Part shown: piece after piece, positions 1 through 9,146 of the stretch | Numbering within the stretch: the stretch's first letter is position 1 | Layout: each line of letters starts with the position of its first letter | Source: Clostridia bacterium | GTDB lineage: Bacteria > Bacillota > Clostridia > Oscillospirales > CAG-272 | Direction of reading: 5' to 3' | Length of the DNA: 64,000 bases | Assembly (NCBI GenBank): GCA_017631325.1 | Contig: JAGBTM010000045.1 | Span: forward strand, 6,037 to 70,036 | Notes under the pieces: generated by a model | Database searches by the model: none | The model's input: the letters and a program-made list of their open reading frames with translations, nothing else | Told to the model about the DNA's origin: nothing | Position numbers and translations under genes: made by a program

Positions 1-3
1 CTT

Positions 4-204
4 ATGTCTAGAAGCAAGGTTAACGTACCCGAGGCAAAGGCTGCACTTGATAAGTTCAAGATGGAAGCAGCAAACGAAGTTGGCGTAACTCTCAAGCAGG
101 GCTACAACGGTGATCTCACCTCTAAGCAGGCTGGTAGCATCGGTGGTCAGATGGTTAAGAAGATGGTTGAGTCCTACGAGAACTCGATCAAAACCAACGG
201 CTAA
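4..204 (+). CDS. alpha/beta-type small acid-soluble spore protein (SASP)
   Basis: 66 aa. KFKMEAANEVGV and SIGGQMVKKMVE match the two conserved blocks of alpha/beta SASPs. A strong terminator follows. Confidence 0.9.
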   Translation: MSRSKVNVPEAKAALDKFKMEAANEVGVTLKQGYNGDLTSKQAGSIGGQMVKKMVESYENSIKTNG

Positions 205-325
205 TTTGCATTTGATGATTGTCCTACGGGACAACCTATGAGAGCCAAGCATTATAATTTCTAGTGGAAATATAATGCCGGAAGGCACTAATATCTCATA
301 GAAACTTCCTTTCCGAAAATGAAAG

Positions 326-360
326 TCCTCCGTCGGTTGTATTCGACGGAGGATTTTTTT
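326..360. terminator. Rho-independent terminator between convergent genes
   Basis: 10 bp perfect stem tcctccgtcg / cgacggagga with an 8 nt loop, followed by T7 on the plus strand. An A-rich tract sits on the other side, so it may act in both directions. Confidence 0.8.
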
Positions 361-458
361 GTTGTTTTTAGGTGGTTTTCTTCCTTTTTCAGCGTTTTTC
401 TCAATTCTTGTGCATATTTATCCGATTCTTAATGACTTAGTCCCTATGCTATTTATAT

Positions 459-1187
459 TCACCACTTATCCTCAGGACAAATTTTAAACGCCTCTTCTAT
501 GTAATGAAGTGCATTATCTATCATGCACTTGAATACCTTTTCGCCCTTCTCACGAGTAGCGAGAGACGGCATTCCCCAAGCTCCCGTCTTGCTTATTTTA
601 GTCAGCGGGGCCTGGTTTAACATACTTTGGGGATATTCCGGATCGAAATCGTTTTGTAACATCAACTCCTTGTTTACAAGCTCGCCGTGAAGATATAGCA
701 TCAAAGACGTTTCACTCTCCCCTGCGTGTATTTCAATCTTCTTGTTTTCAAGGAATGCTTTTGTGTCGGCTACACCGCTTTCGGTTTGCACCAATACTAC
801 TTGCAAATCGTCATAAAGAGCATTAAGCTCACGAATGGCGGGGCCGGCAACGAATATTCCACCGTGTCCTAAGACTACAGCGACCTTTTTTATCCCCTGG
901 TCACGAAGACAGAGGACTATATCCTGAAGCATCTGATAAAAAGTGATCGGACGCATACAGACGCTTCCCTTAACGCCCTTGTGCTCATAACAGGTGGATA
1001 TAGGAATTGTGGGAAGCAGCAAAGCATCTATTCTTTCCGCTACCCCTTCAGCAATTGCTTCTGCAAGCATAACGTCCGTTCCTATCGGAAGATGCGAGCT
1101 ATGCTGCTCTACACTGCCGAGCGGAATTATAGCCATATCTATTCCGCTGTCGGCTATTTCCTTTGCCGTATTTTTATAGCTTATCAT
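459..1187 (-). CDS. creatininase-family amidohydrolase
   Basis: 242 aa. N-terminal IPLGSVEQHSSHLPIGTD and the later HGG and HAGESETS segments are typical of the creatininase/MftE family. Its ATG overlaps the upstream stop as ATGA. Confidence 0.75.
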   Translation of the reverse strand: MISYKNTAKEIADSGIDMAIIPLGSVEQHSSHLPIGTDVMLAEAIAEGVAERIDALLLPTIPISTCYEHKGVKGSVCMRPITFYQMLQDIVLCLRDQGIKKVAVVLGHGGIFVAGPAIRELNALYDDLQVVLVQTESGVADTKAFLENKKIEIHAGESETSLMLYLHGELVNKELMLQNDFDPEYPQSMLNQAPLTKISKTGAWGMPSLATREKGEKVFKCMIDNALHYIEEAFKICPEDKW

Positions 1188-1951
1188 TTTTTCACCGTCA
1201 ATCCGAATTCACTTTTCAGTATTTCGGAAAGCCTTTTGTCACTTATATTTTCTTTTATTAAGCTAAGCTTATTACCAACGAATTCCTTATATACGTTTCC
1301 GTCTATTGATTTTCTTCCCTCAGCTGTTTTTATTGCTACCATCAAGGATTTATTGAATTTCGAATCGGGATGCTTTTCACAATAGAACGAAGGCATAACG
1401 AAGTCGATCTCCTGCGCTTTATCCTCAGTAAATGAGAAGTATCGCCTCCATTCTCCGTGGCTCAATTCATAAAGCACCCAACCGAATTCCGAGTCACGTT
1501 CAAAACGGTAGGACTCACCGAAAAATTCCTGCACCGTCCCCTCTTCGAGAAGCAGGGGAATTCTCGGTGCGGGAGAGCCTATGCCGACGTCGACAATATA
1601 CGTCTCTCCTTCTATAAAAACCGCAATTACTCTGTGACGGCGCTGAGGTATTCCCGACTCACCTCGCCAAAATCTTGCAAAATAGCTTTCGGTCTTAAAT
1701 CCAAGCTCGCAAAGCAGCCACTCAAAAAGGCGGTTAAGCTCAAAGCAATATCCTCCCCTCCCGTCAGTGACGACCTTTTTATATAAGTCCTCTAATTCTA
1801 ACGAGAGCGCCTTTCCCGAAATTATATCAAGGTTTTCATACGGAACAGTGAGCACGTGGTTATATTGCAACATCTTTAACAGCTCATACCCGGGAGCGGG
1901 TATATTATCCCCGTCAACACCTATTCTCGATAAATACTTTTTCACTTCCAT
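1184..1951 (-). CDS. arylamine N-acetyltransferase (NAT family)
   Basis: PYENLDI and GRGGYCFELN (catalytic Cys context) are NAT hallmarks. Start placed at the ATG at 1951, which has GGAG 8 nt upstream. The ORF track begins at a TTG at 1975. Confidence 0.75.
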   Translation of the reverse strand: MEVKKYLSRIGVDGDNIPAPGYELLKMLQYNHVLTVPYENLDIISGKALSLELEDLYKKVVTDGRGGYCFELNRLFEWLLCELGFKTESYFARFWRGESGIPQRRHRVIAVFIEGETYIVDVGIGSPAPRIPLLLEEGTVQEFFGESYRFERDSEFGWVLYELSHGEWRRYFSFTEDKAQEIDFVMPSFYCEKHPDSKFNKSLMVAIKTAEGRKSIDGNVYKEFVGNKLSLIKENISDKRLSEILKSEFGLTVKK

Positions 1952-2162
1952 AACGCTAACTCCGATAGTCGTCAAACTAGTCTAATATTAAGTGTGTACA
2001 CACCTTCTACAGATGGAATTTGCATTTTTATTAAATTCATACGTAGAAGAATGGCAAAAAGGGTATACTTTCCCCTTAGCGAAAACACACCTAAAAATAA
2101 TATTAAACTAATTTGGCTTTTATATTATATCAAAATTTTATACAAAAGTAAATAGATTTGCA

Positions 2163-2204
2163 TAAAAAGAGTCGAAAACAAGTTTAGACCTGTAATCGAC
2201 TCTT
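2163..2204 (-). terminator. candidate terminator of the long minus-strand operon
   Basis: Stem aagagtcga / tcgactctt with a 20 nt loop, followed by a T-run on the minus strand. It is the first hairpin plus U-tract downstream of the stop at 2339. Confidence 0.5.
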
Positions 2205-2233
2205 AACTATTATTGCTATCTAACCTCTATTTA

Positions 2234-2268
2234 ACCTCTAATCAGGCCGGTAGCATCGGTGGTCAGAT
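2234..2268 (+). repeat. orphan 35 bp copy of an internal SASP gene segment
   Basis: 33 of 35 nt identical to 118..152 inside the SASP CDS (acctctaaKcaggcYggtagcatcggtggtcagat), same orientation, with no ORF context. Confidence 0.8.
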
Positions 2269-2338
2269 TTGGGCAAATACAAGGGCAAAGCTAATTGGTT
2301 ATTTTTTTGATAAATTCTAGGTATATTTCATTAGGCTT

Positions 2339-3511
2339 CTAAAAAAGGAGCGTGTCTACCTTGTCTATTAAAGCTGTAAGTTGCTTTGTATAGTGCTCTT
2401 TTCTCTCCTTGGCGCCCTGCTCGTCCGGTCTGCGTATCGTTCTGCGAAGGAGTCTGGTGTAGCCGATAATTCGCGCCTTGTTTTCGAGCTGGGCGATAGC
2501 TGTGGCGTCCTCGGTGCCAAGATATTTTCTAAGCGCCAAATTCCAAAATCTTCCTGAGGTTTCACGGTCGTAGCCCATAAATTTCTTGATTTCATCGTGG
2601 TTTAACTCCGAAAAGCCAAGAAAGGCGTTATACATAGAGCCAAACTCGAATATTGGATGTCCAACACACAAGGTATCTAGGTCTATGAGCAAAGGCTCTC
2701 CGTTCTGTATCATAACGTTATTCGTGTGATAATCGCCGTGTAAAAGATTATTGGTTTTAGGTATTTGCCGTATCATATCACAAAGCTTTGCGCCCTGTTC
2801 GGCAGGAATATGCTTTGAAATGAAATCAACCCAGCTAAGCGCCGTTTCTCGCATATCCGGAAAATCGCCCTCATCGGCCTCGACTGCGTGTATGCTCTTA
2901 AGCAGCTCAACGTAATATTCTGCGGGCTTCTCCAGATTTTCGGGGTTGTTTATTATAAGCCTTGTAACGTTCACCGCATCAAGAAGCTCGGTTACCGTAC
3001 CGTAGCCCTCACCGACACGCACGATGCCGTACGGAATTGCCGTATTAACACCAAGCACGAAGGCGCGTCTTGCGTTTTCTCTTTCCTGACGGATTTCAGG
3101 CAATGCGTCTTTCGAGTGATAGGTTTTGAGGATGGTTTCGGCATCGTAGCGATAGACGGCACCGTTAGCGCCTTTGGCGATAAACTCACATCCCTCAACG
3201 CTCATTCGTCTGTACGCCTTTTCAACCGTAAGCATATCGGTAAAACCGGTCATATCCAAAACATCGTACACTTCCGGTGCCACGTTAATAATTGCGAGCT
3301 TCGGTTCGTCCTTTCGGAGCTTAAGCAGCAAACGTAATCCCGCAGAGGATATGTACTTGAGTTTATCTGCGTCAATAACGGTGTGCTTATCCTTGTTTTC
3401 AGCCTTTATTTCAAAAAAACTTTTCTCTACATCCGATACGTTCGATGCGTCTATTCTGCCTTCCACAGCAATGTAAATAATATTTTTATCAGTACGGTAG
3501 GTGACGTTCAT
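2339..3511 (-). CDS. STAS domain fused to an APH/choline-kinase-like phosphotransferase domain
   Basis: The N-terminal ~110 aa are STAS-like (KYISSAGLRLLL, DMTGFTDML). The C-terminus has the kinase-fold motifs GANGAVY, HGDYHTNNV and IDLDT. Start set at the ATG at 3511, which has GGAGG upstream, 1 nt after the upstream stop. Confidence 0.75.
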   Translation of the reverse strand: MNVTYRTDKNIIYIAVEGRIDASNVSDVEKSFFEIKAENKDKHTVIDADKLKYISSAGLRLLLKLRKDEPKLAIINVAPEVYDVLDMTGFTDMLTVEKAYRRMSVEGCEFIAKGANGAVYRYDAETILKTYHSKDALPEIRQERENARRAFVLGVNTAIPYGIVRVGEGYGTVTELLDAVNVTRLIINNPENLEKPAEYYVELLKSIHAVEADEGDFPDMRETALSWVDFISKHIPAEQGAKLCDMIRQIPKTNNLLHGDYHTNNVMIQNGEPLLIDLDTLCVGHPIFEFGSMYNAFLGFSELNHDEIKKFMGYDRETSGRFWNLALRKYLGTEDATAIAQLENKARIIGYTRLLRRTIRRPDEQGAKERKEHYTKQLTALIDKVDTLLF

Positions 3512-3512
3512 T

Positions 3513-4079
3513 TTACTCCTCCAAACCAAATATTTTCTCAACGAGAGCCTTATATTCTTTGTAAGCGCTCGTGTCTGCAAGACGCTCGGTATATTTCATA
3601 ATACTGCGATAATACCAAGCCTGCGCACTCACGTCTGTCTGATTAAATTTCTGCCACACAGCGTCGCCTTCTACTGTAAAATCGCGATAAATCGCACGAA
3701 TGTTCGAGAGTTTGTCACCGAGCCAGAGTCTCAACACGTCGATATCATCGGTTTCTCTGAGCTTTTCAAGCGACTCCGACTTGCGAATTTGCCAGGTATC
3801 AGCCGGGGGCAAATCCTCGCGCTTATTTTCCGTCTCAGAGGCGACGAGCTCTCTTACGCGCGGGCCGAATTTTTCACCGATTTCGTCCATCGTAACGCCT
3901 GCGTCCTCTACAACGTCGTGCAGAAGCGCTGCGGCAATAACACTCTGGTCATCGGTCATAGTGCCTACGATGACACCGGCCTCCAACGGATGCAAAATGT
4001 AAGGGGCATCACTTTTTTTGCGTCGCATTCCGTCGTGCGCCCTTACGCAAAAGGCAGCAGCCTCACTTACAAGCTCCAT
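3513..4079 (-). CDS. Mesh1/SpoT-type HD-domain small alarmone hydrolase, predicted (p)ppGpp hydrolase
   Basis: 188 aa. It aligns by eye along its length with Mesh1-type hydrolases: AHDGMRRK..PYILHP, AALLHDVVED, FG.RV..LV and a trailing D.L.N block. Confidence 0.8.
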   Translation of the reverse strand: MELVSEAAAFCVRAHDGMRRKKSDAPYILHPLEAGVIVGTMTDDQSVIAAALLHDVVEDAGVTMDEIGEKFGPRVRELVASETENKREDLPPADTWQIRKSESLEKLRETDDIDVLRLWLGDKLSNIRAIYRDFTVEGDAVWQKFNQTDVSAQAWYYRSIMKYTERLADTSAYKEYKALVEKIFGLEE

Positions 4080-4369
4080 TATTCTATCACCAAAATATCA
4101 GCAAAGCCAGTCATCTCAAAAACTTCCATTACAAGCTCGCAAACGTTGATAAGCTTCAGAGCACCCTTTGATTTCTTCTGCGTGGAAAGTAGAACGCGCA
4201 AGCCTGCGGAAGAAATGTACGCAAGCTTTTCGCAGTCGATAACAAGCGAGCCCTCTCCACTGTAATTTTCATTAATAAAGCTATCAAGCTGGGGAGCGGT
4301 ATTGGTATCGAGGCGTCCCTCAAGTGCCACGTTAAGGGCACCGTTATTGTTATTGAAGGTTATATTCAT
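4079..4369 (-). CDS. STAS-domain protein (anti-sigma-factor-antagonist family)
   Basis: 96 aa. YISSAGLRVLL phosphorylatable-Ser motif and EMTGFADIL C-terminal block. The stop overlaps the next start by 1 nt. Confidence 0.85.
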   Translation of the reverse strand: MNITFNNNNGALNVALEGRLDTNTAPQLDSFINENYSGEGSLVIDCEKLAYISSAGLRVLLSTQKKSKGALKLINVCELVMEVFEMTGFADILVIE

Positions 4370-4380
4370 TTTTTATCTCC

Positions 4381-4980
4381 TTATGCAAATTTTTTGACTA
4401 TGATTATATCTGCCTGATTTCCCTTAACGCCAACTATAACGTCGTCGGCAACAGAAGCGATAACGGATTTTTCAAGCTCGTCCCAGGCCTCAGTCTGCTC
4501 TTTTTCCTTTACCGAGTTTCTGTACTGGTCAAGCGTCCAAAGATAAGAGTAATCCACGCCCTCGTTATACCCCGTTGCAAAATGGAAGGCTGCATAGGAC
4601 TGGTCAAAGGACAGGCTACTGTCCTCGCTCAAGAAGAAGTTTTCAATAGCGTTACGGATTTTACCTACTATTCCGACTGCCGCTGCGTTCTTCTTGCTTC
4701 TTGAAATGTTGATGAGCTCTTCCTTCTTACCCGTATTGAACTCGGGAATTTTTATAGATACGTTGACCTTACATACACCGTCCTCAAAATCAATCCAAAG
4801 CTCTCCGGAGAAGTCGTCGATAATATTGGGGAGCATACCGTCGATTTCCTCACAGAGAAGTCGCAGCTGCATAGCCTGTTTGTGAGTAAGAGAGTTGTAC
4901 TTTGCTACTCTTTCGCTTTCGTTCAGAATAGCGGCGAGATCCTTGGTTCCGTTGTCAATCTTGCATACGTTTGATTTCAT
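4381..4980 (-). CDS. hypothetical protein, no recognisable domain
   Basis: 199 aa ORF with AAGGAG RBS, embedded between two STAS genes. No TM segment or known motif seen. Confidence 0.6.
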   Translation of the reverse strand: MKSNVCKIDNGTKDLAAILNESERVAKYNSLTHKQAMQLRLLCEEIDGMLPNIIDDFSGELWIDFEDGVCKVNVSIKIPEFNTGKKEELINISRSKKNAAAVGIVGKIRNAIENFFLSEDSSLSFDQSYAAFHFATGYNEGVDYSYLWTLDQYRNSVKEKEQTEAWDELEKSVIASVADDVIVGVKGNQADIIIVKKFA

Positions 4981-5009
4981 GAGTAATTCTCCTTTGTTGG
5001 TATTTAACT

Positions 5010-5306
5010 TTATTCAATAGTGATAATATCGGCAAAGCCTGTCATCTCAAATACGTCCATAACCTGCTCGCAAACGTTAATAAGCTTCATCGCGCCATGC
5101 TTATTCATTTTCTTCTGCGTAGCGAGTAAAACGCGCAGTCCCGCACTGGATATGTACTCAAGACCTTTCATATCCAAAATAAGATTCTCGGTGCTTTCTA
5201 CGTTTTCGTTAACAGTATTTTCAAGAGCGGGGGCTGTGGTTGTATCAAGTCTGCCAACCACCTCAACTACGGTTTTATCTGAGCTTTTCTTGATTTCAAT
5301 AGTCAT
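5010..5306 (-). CDS. STAS-domain protein (anti-sigma-factor-antagonist family)
   Basis: 98 aa paralog of 4079..4369, with YISSAGLRVLL and EMTGFADII. Confidence 0.85.
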   Translation of the reverse strand: MTIEIKKSSDKTVVEVVGRLDTTTAPALENTVNENVESTENLILDMKGLEYISSAGLRVLLATQKKMNKHGAMKLINVCEQVMDVFEMTGFADIITIE

Positions 5307-5320
5307 AAATTACTGCTCCT

Positions 5321-8161
5321 TTATATCTTTTTAATCATAGTGAGAACGTTTTGCTCGTTTTCATAAGCGTAGGACACGGAGTCCATAGTCTTTTTGGTAA
5401 TGAAAATACCAAGACCGCCTATTTCACGCTCCTCAGCAGAGAGTGTAATATCGGGATCCGGTCTCTTCAGGGGGTCAAAGGGTACTCCACTGTCTGCCAT
5501 ACGGAAGGTGACGGTGCGTTCTTTCTCGTCAAAGCCAATACCGAGGCTAACCTCACCCTGCGAGCCCTCGTAAGCGTAGTGAGCTACGTTGACGAACACC
5601 TCTTCGATAGCCACGCATATTGCCGTTTGTATTCTCATTGGGCATTTATACGTCTCAAGCATTTCGTCAACGAAGCCAAGCACGTCAGAGACCGCATCAA
5701 GTTTCGCCTCGAAAATTCTATTCGTCATAAGCTCGCCTCCTTTTTTATTTTTGGGGTTATAGTCAAACATCAGCATCGTAATGTCGTCAAACTGAGGTGC
5801 CTCACCGACGAAGCTGTCAATATCAGCCTTAAGCGAGGGCAAAAGCGCCGTCGCATTCAAATCAGCGTTGCGGTTCATAAAGTTAATAAGCCTATCCTCG
5901 CCGTAAAGCTGATTATCCTTGTCCGTTGCCTCTGGAACACCGTCTGTATAAAGGAAGAGTCTGTCACCCGGAGAAAGCGTAAGCTCGCCTACACGGTAGC
6001 GTACGCCCTCCATACCCGCAAGAACGAATCCTGCGCGAGTTCTGAGATACTCAAAGCTTCCGTTTGCTCTCTTGACTAGAGGCGGATTATGGCCTGCGTT
6101 TGCAAACTGCATGGTTCCCGTAGTAAGGTCCAGTATACCCATCCATGCAGTAACGAACATACCTGACTCGTTATTCTCACAGAGCTTTTCGTTTGCTCTT
6201 GTGAAGATATCGTTTACAGCCATACCACCCTCAGCCAAATCCTTGATAATGGTTTTAGCAGTCATCATAAACATAGCAGCCGGTATTCCCTTGCCTGATA
6301 CGTCGGCGGCAAGAAATGCAACGGTCGTGTCGCTGAGCTTATAGAAATCGTAGAAGTCTCCTCCGACCTCCTTTGCTGCTATCATCTGCGCGTATATTTC
6401 GAACTGCTCGTCACTCGGGAAATTAGTAGGAAGAGCCGAGAGCTGTATTTGTTTTGCATACTCAAGCTCCTTGTCTATACGCGCGGCTGCTTCAGCAATG
6501 TAGCGCTTAAGAGTTGACACCGTAGAGTTAATATCGTCTGACAGGGACGAAAACTCCTGGCTTGAGCGCACGTCAACCGTTACGTTCAAATCGCCCTTTG
6601 TTATACGCCCGAGAGTGTCGTTTATTTTCTGCAGGTTGTTAATGATAACTCGTTTTATAAGCATGTAGATAAATACGAAGAGCGTGGCAAAAATGATTAC
6701 CTGCATGAATATGCTCGTGTAGAGCGAGGCGTCACGCATAAAGGTTGCCTCGGCCTCGGGAATAGCCGCAATAATGCAGTAACCCTCAACGAACTTGAAT
6801 ACGTACAAAAATTTTTCGCTAAGCTCACTTTTTCCGTCCACAATATTCGCGGAATAAAGCTTAGTAGCAGTCTTGCCGTCCTGCATTTCTCCCTCTGGAT
6901 TAATACCTATATGGGAAACAGAGGCTCCTGCATACTCGTTGTCGATTACGAGAGAAAGCGTTTCGTCAAGAACAGCAACGAAGCCCCTCGTACCGACGTG
7001 ACGGTTCTTAGTAAAGTCGATAACGTACTCATCGAGCTTCTCGTGGAACTGCTCTGCGTCATAGCCAACCTGAATGAAGCCGCCGTCCCGAAGATTTATA
7101 GCGGCGTACTTTCTCCACACCGAGCCGTCCTTCCCTCTCGGGCTGTATTTCTGTACGAAGCAATCCTGCTCTGCAAGGACATCGACGAACTCCTTGGACT
7201 GCTCCTTGGTTTTCATATCGTAGTTTATGCTGTCGGCCTCTGTGGATTTGTAAATTATTCCCGCAGAACTGACAACGTTAATTTCAATTATACCGTTCTC
7301 GCTTGCTAAGTCCGAAAGCGACGTGTCGGGGTTTAACTCGTATTCGCCCTTTACCTTATCGGCAATGGCAAGAAGCTGTGCGTCGGATTTTCCCTTAATG
7401 TCCGCTTCAATATCATTTATTGCGGTAGTAAACATCTCTACCGTTTCAATGTTCACCATTCCGTTCTGGAGAATGTAGGTAAACAAGCTTGTAACGAGGA
7501 ATGCGATAGCAATACATGCCAAAAGCCAGCGCTGGAAGGTGTTCGCTATTTTCTCGTTACCCTTTCTTACTATGAAACGCTCGCGACTCAGCAAGGATAC
7601 GATAAGGATAGCAGAGCCAACGGCCACCGCGTTGCCTACAATCATAGGAATGGTCGCGCCCTTGACAAATTCAAATGCCTCAGAGGAGTTACCCATATTT
7701 GTGATAAATATCAAAATCATATGGATAACCTCACACGCGACGGCGATGCAAACGCCGTATCCCCACGTGGGCTTCTTGTTGTCAAACATACGCTTTCTTA
7801 ATCCGGCGGCCATAAAGCCCGCGAGAATCGTTGCAATGCTGCACGCTATTCTGGTATAGGTGCCTGCGCCCCAATATACCGAGAACCATCGATAAAGACC
7901 ACCTATAAATCCTGAAATAATGCCTGCCGGCGCGCCAAATATAAGTCCTGCCGACAGAGGCGCTGCATCACGCACGTTTACGACTGCGCCAAGCCACTTA
8001 ACTCCGTAGCTTGAGGCAAAGGCCGACACGCCTCCGAAAAGAACGCCTATAATAATCTGCTTTTTCATATATGGCAGCTTGCCAAAGGACGTGTATTTAT
8101 CCGCAAGGTAAACGCCGACCACGAGCGCGCAGTTAAATAATATCGGAATAATCAGCTCCAT
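5321..8161 (-). CDS. multi-domain membrane sensor: 5TM LytS-type N-terminus, extracytoplasmic region, HAMP, SpoIIE/PP2C phosphatase and C-terminal RsbW-like HATPase kinase
   Basis: 946 aa. N-terminal TM bundle with NVRDAAPLSAGLIFG. HAMP-like segment after the TM at about aa 490. GGDFYDF..AADVSGKGIPAAMFM (SpoIIE). C-terminal EEVFVNVAHYAY..GGLGIF (GHKL anti-sigma kinase type). Confidence 0.85.
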   Translation of the reverse strand: MELIIPILFNCALVVGVYLADKYTSFGKLPYMKKQIIIGVLFGGVSAFASSYGVKWLGAVVNVRDAAPLSAGLIFGAPAGIISGFIGGLYRWFSVYWGAGTYTRIACSIATILAGFMAAGLRKRMFDNKKPTWGYGVCIAVACEVIHMILIFITNMGNSSEAFEFVKGATIPMIVGNAVAVGSAILIVSLLSRERFIVRKGNEKIANTFQRWLLACIAIAFLVTSLFTYILQNGMVNIETVEMFTTAINDIEADIKGKSDAQLLAIADKVKGEYELNPDTSLSDLASENGIIEINVVSSAGIIYKSTEADSINYDMKTKEQSKEFVDVLAEQDCFVQKYSPRGKDGSVWRKYAAINLRDGGFIQVGYDAEQFHEKLDEYVIDFTKNRHVGTRGFVAVLDETLSLVIDNEYAGASVSHIGINPEGEMQDGKTATKLYSANIVDGKSELSEKFLYVFKFVEGYCIIAAIPEAEATFMRDASLYTSIFMQVIIFATLFVFIYMLIKRVIINNLQKINDTLGRITKGDLNVTVDVRSSQEFSSLSDDINSTVSTLKRYIAEAAARIDKELEYAKQIQLSALPTNFPSDEQFEIYAQMIAAKEVGGDFYDFYKLSDTTVAFLAADVSGKGIPAAMFMMTAKTIIKDLAEGGMAVNDIFTRANEKLCENNESGMFVTAWMGILDLTTGTMQFANAGHNPPLVKRANGSFEYLRTRAGFVLAGMEGVRYRVGELTLSPGDRLFLYTDGVPEATDKDNQLYGEDRLINFMNRNADLNATALLPSLKADIDSFVGEAPQFDDITMLMFDYNPKNKKGGELMTNRIFEAKLDAVSDVLGFVDEMLETYKCPMRIQTAICVAIEEVFVNVAHYAYEGSQGEVSLGIGFDEKERTVTFRMADSGVPFDPLKRPDPDITLSAEEREIGGLGIFITKKTMDSVSYAYENEQNVLTMIKKI

Positions 8162-8171
8162 TTACACACCC

Positions 8172-9128
8172 TCATTGTAAGCCAAGCAAGGTCTTGGCGA
8201 AATCTCCAAGTATTTCACCGGCAACGGCAAGAAGCATAAGCAGTATCATATATACGGTCATGCTGGCTCCGTCCACCGCGTTTTTAGTAATATTATAGTA
8301 GAAGTTGAACTGTCCGTGCGAATTCGTTTCACGGTCCTGGTGCCATTGATAAGTGATAACGTCGTCGGTATCGTAGCTGTTGGGAATATAATTTTTATAC
8401 AGCTCCTGCTCTAAACGACGGATACGGTAACAGCCGTCGTCGTTGAGGTCGTAGTCCTCGCTTATGGAAATCGTGATGATAGCCTTTTTGAGCTTCTGGC
8501 GGTGGAATGAGCCAACGCGAGTGATTTGCTCGGGTAGAAGTCTTGGCTCGTTGATACGAACCGAATATCCGTGCTTCTCCGAAAGAACAGGCGAGGTAAC
8601 CAAATCTCTAAATCGGCTTAAAAGACTTCCCGCTCCCACACGCGACTTGAACAGCTTGTCAAGGGATCTATGGGGCATACGCCAGATGAAATACGCTTCG
8701 TCGTTATCGATAGACGGCTGAATTGACTTGAGGTCTATATCCATAAGAGTGCCATCTGCGAGTGACGAAAGGCTATAATCGAGCGTGCCGACATGTACGA
8801 TGTCCACGGTTTTGCCAAGATACGCAATTTCAGACGTGAAATCGTTCTTCTTATAATCTATAATGCATGCGGAGCCAAAGATGGCCTGCAATATTTTCGT
8901 ATCGTTAAAAAGCGTCGAAACGTCATTTATCTCCTCGCGAGAAATTGCAAACGGTATGTAAACACGCATACGTGTGGTGAGCTTCACACCGCGTATACGG
9001 ACTGCCAAATCGACGTAGCTGTCACCCTTGGGATTTAGCCAGTCGTGAAGATAAATGGTGCAGGTGTCATCACCGTCGGTCCATATAGCCCAGCCGTCGT
9101 CAACGAATTTTCTTTGCTTTTTTGCCAT
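8172..9128 (-). CDS. hypothetical protein with a C-terminal TM anchor
   Basis: 318 aa with AGGAG RBS. Only 18 nt separate it from the guaD stop and 10 nt from the next start. One hydrophobic helix at the extreme C-terminus. No known motif. Confidence 0.6.
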   Translation of the reverse strand: MAKKQRKFVDDGWAIWTDGDDTCTIYLHDWLNPKGDSYVDLAVRIRGVKLTTRMRVYIPFAISREEINDVSTLFNDTKILQAIFGSACIIDYKKNDFTSEIAYLGKTVDIVHVGTLDYSLSSLADGTLMDIDLKSIQPSIDNDEAYFIWRMPHRSLDKLFKSRVGAGSLLSRFRDLVTSPVLSEKHGYSVRINEPRLLPEQITRVGSFHRQKLKKAIITISISEDYDLNDDGCYRIRRLEQELYKNYIPNSYDTDDVITYQWHQDRETNSHGQFNFYYNITKNAVDGASMTVYMILLMLLAVAGEILGDFAKTLLGLQ

Positions 9129-9146
9129 TTTTACGTCTACTCCTAA

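Noticed and set aside
3501-4265. 254 aa plus-strand ORF overlapping the HD and STAS genes.
   Set aside because: It is antisense to two well-supported genes with clear family motifs, and has no motif or RBS of its own.
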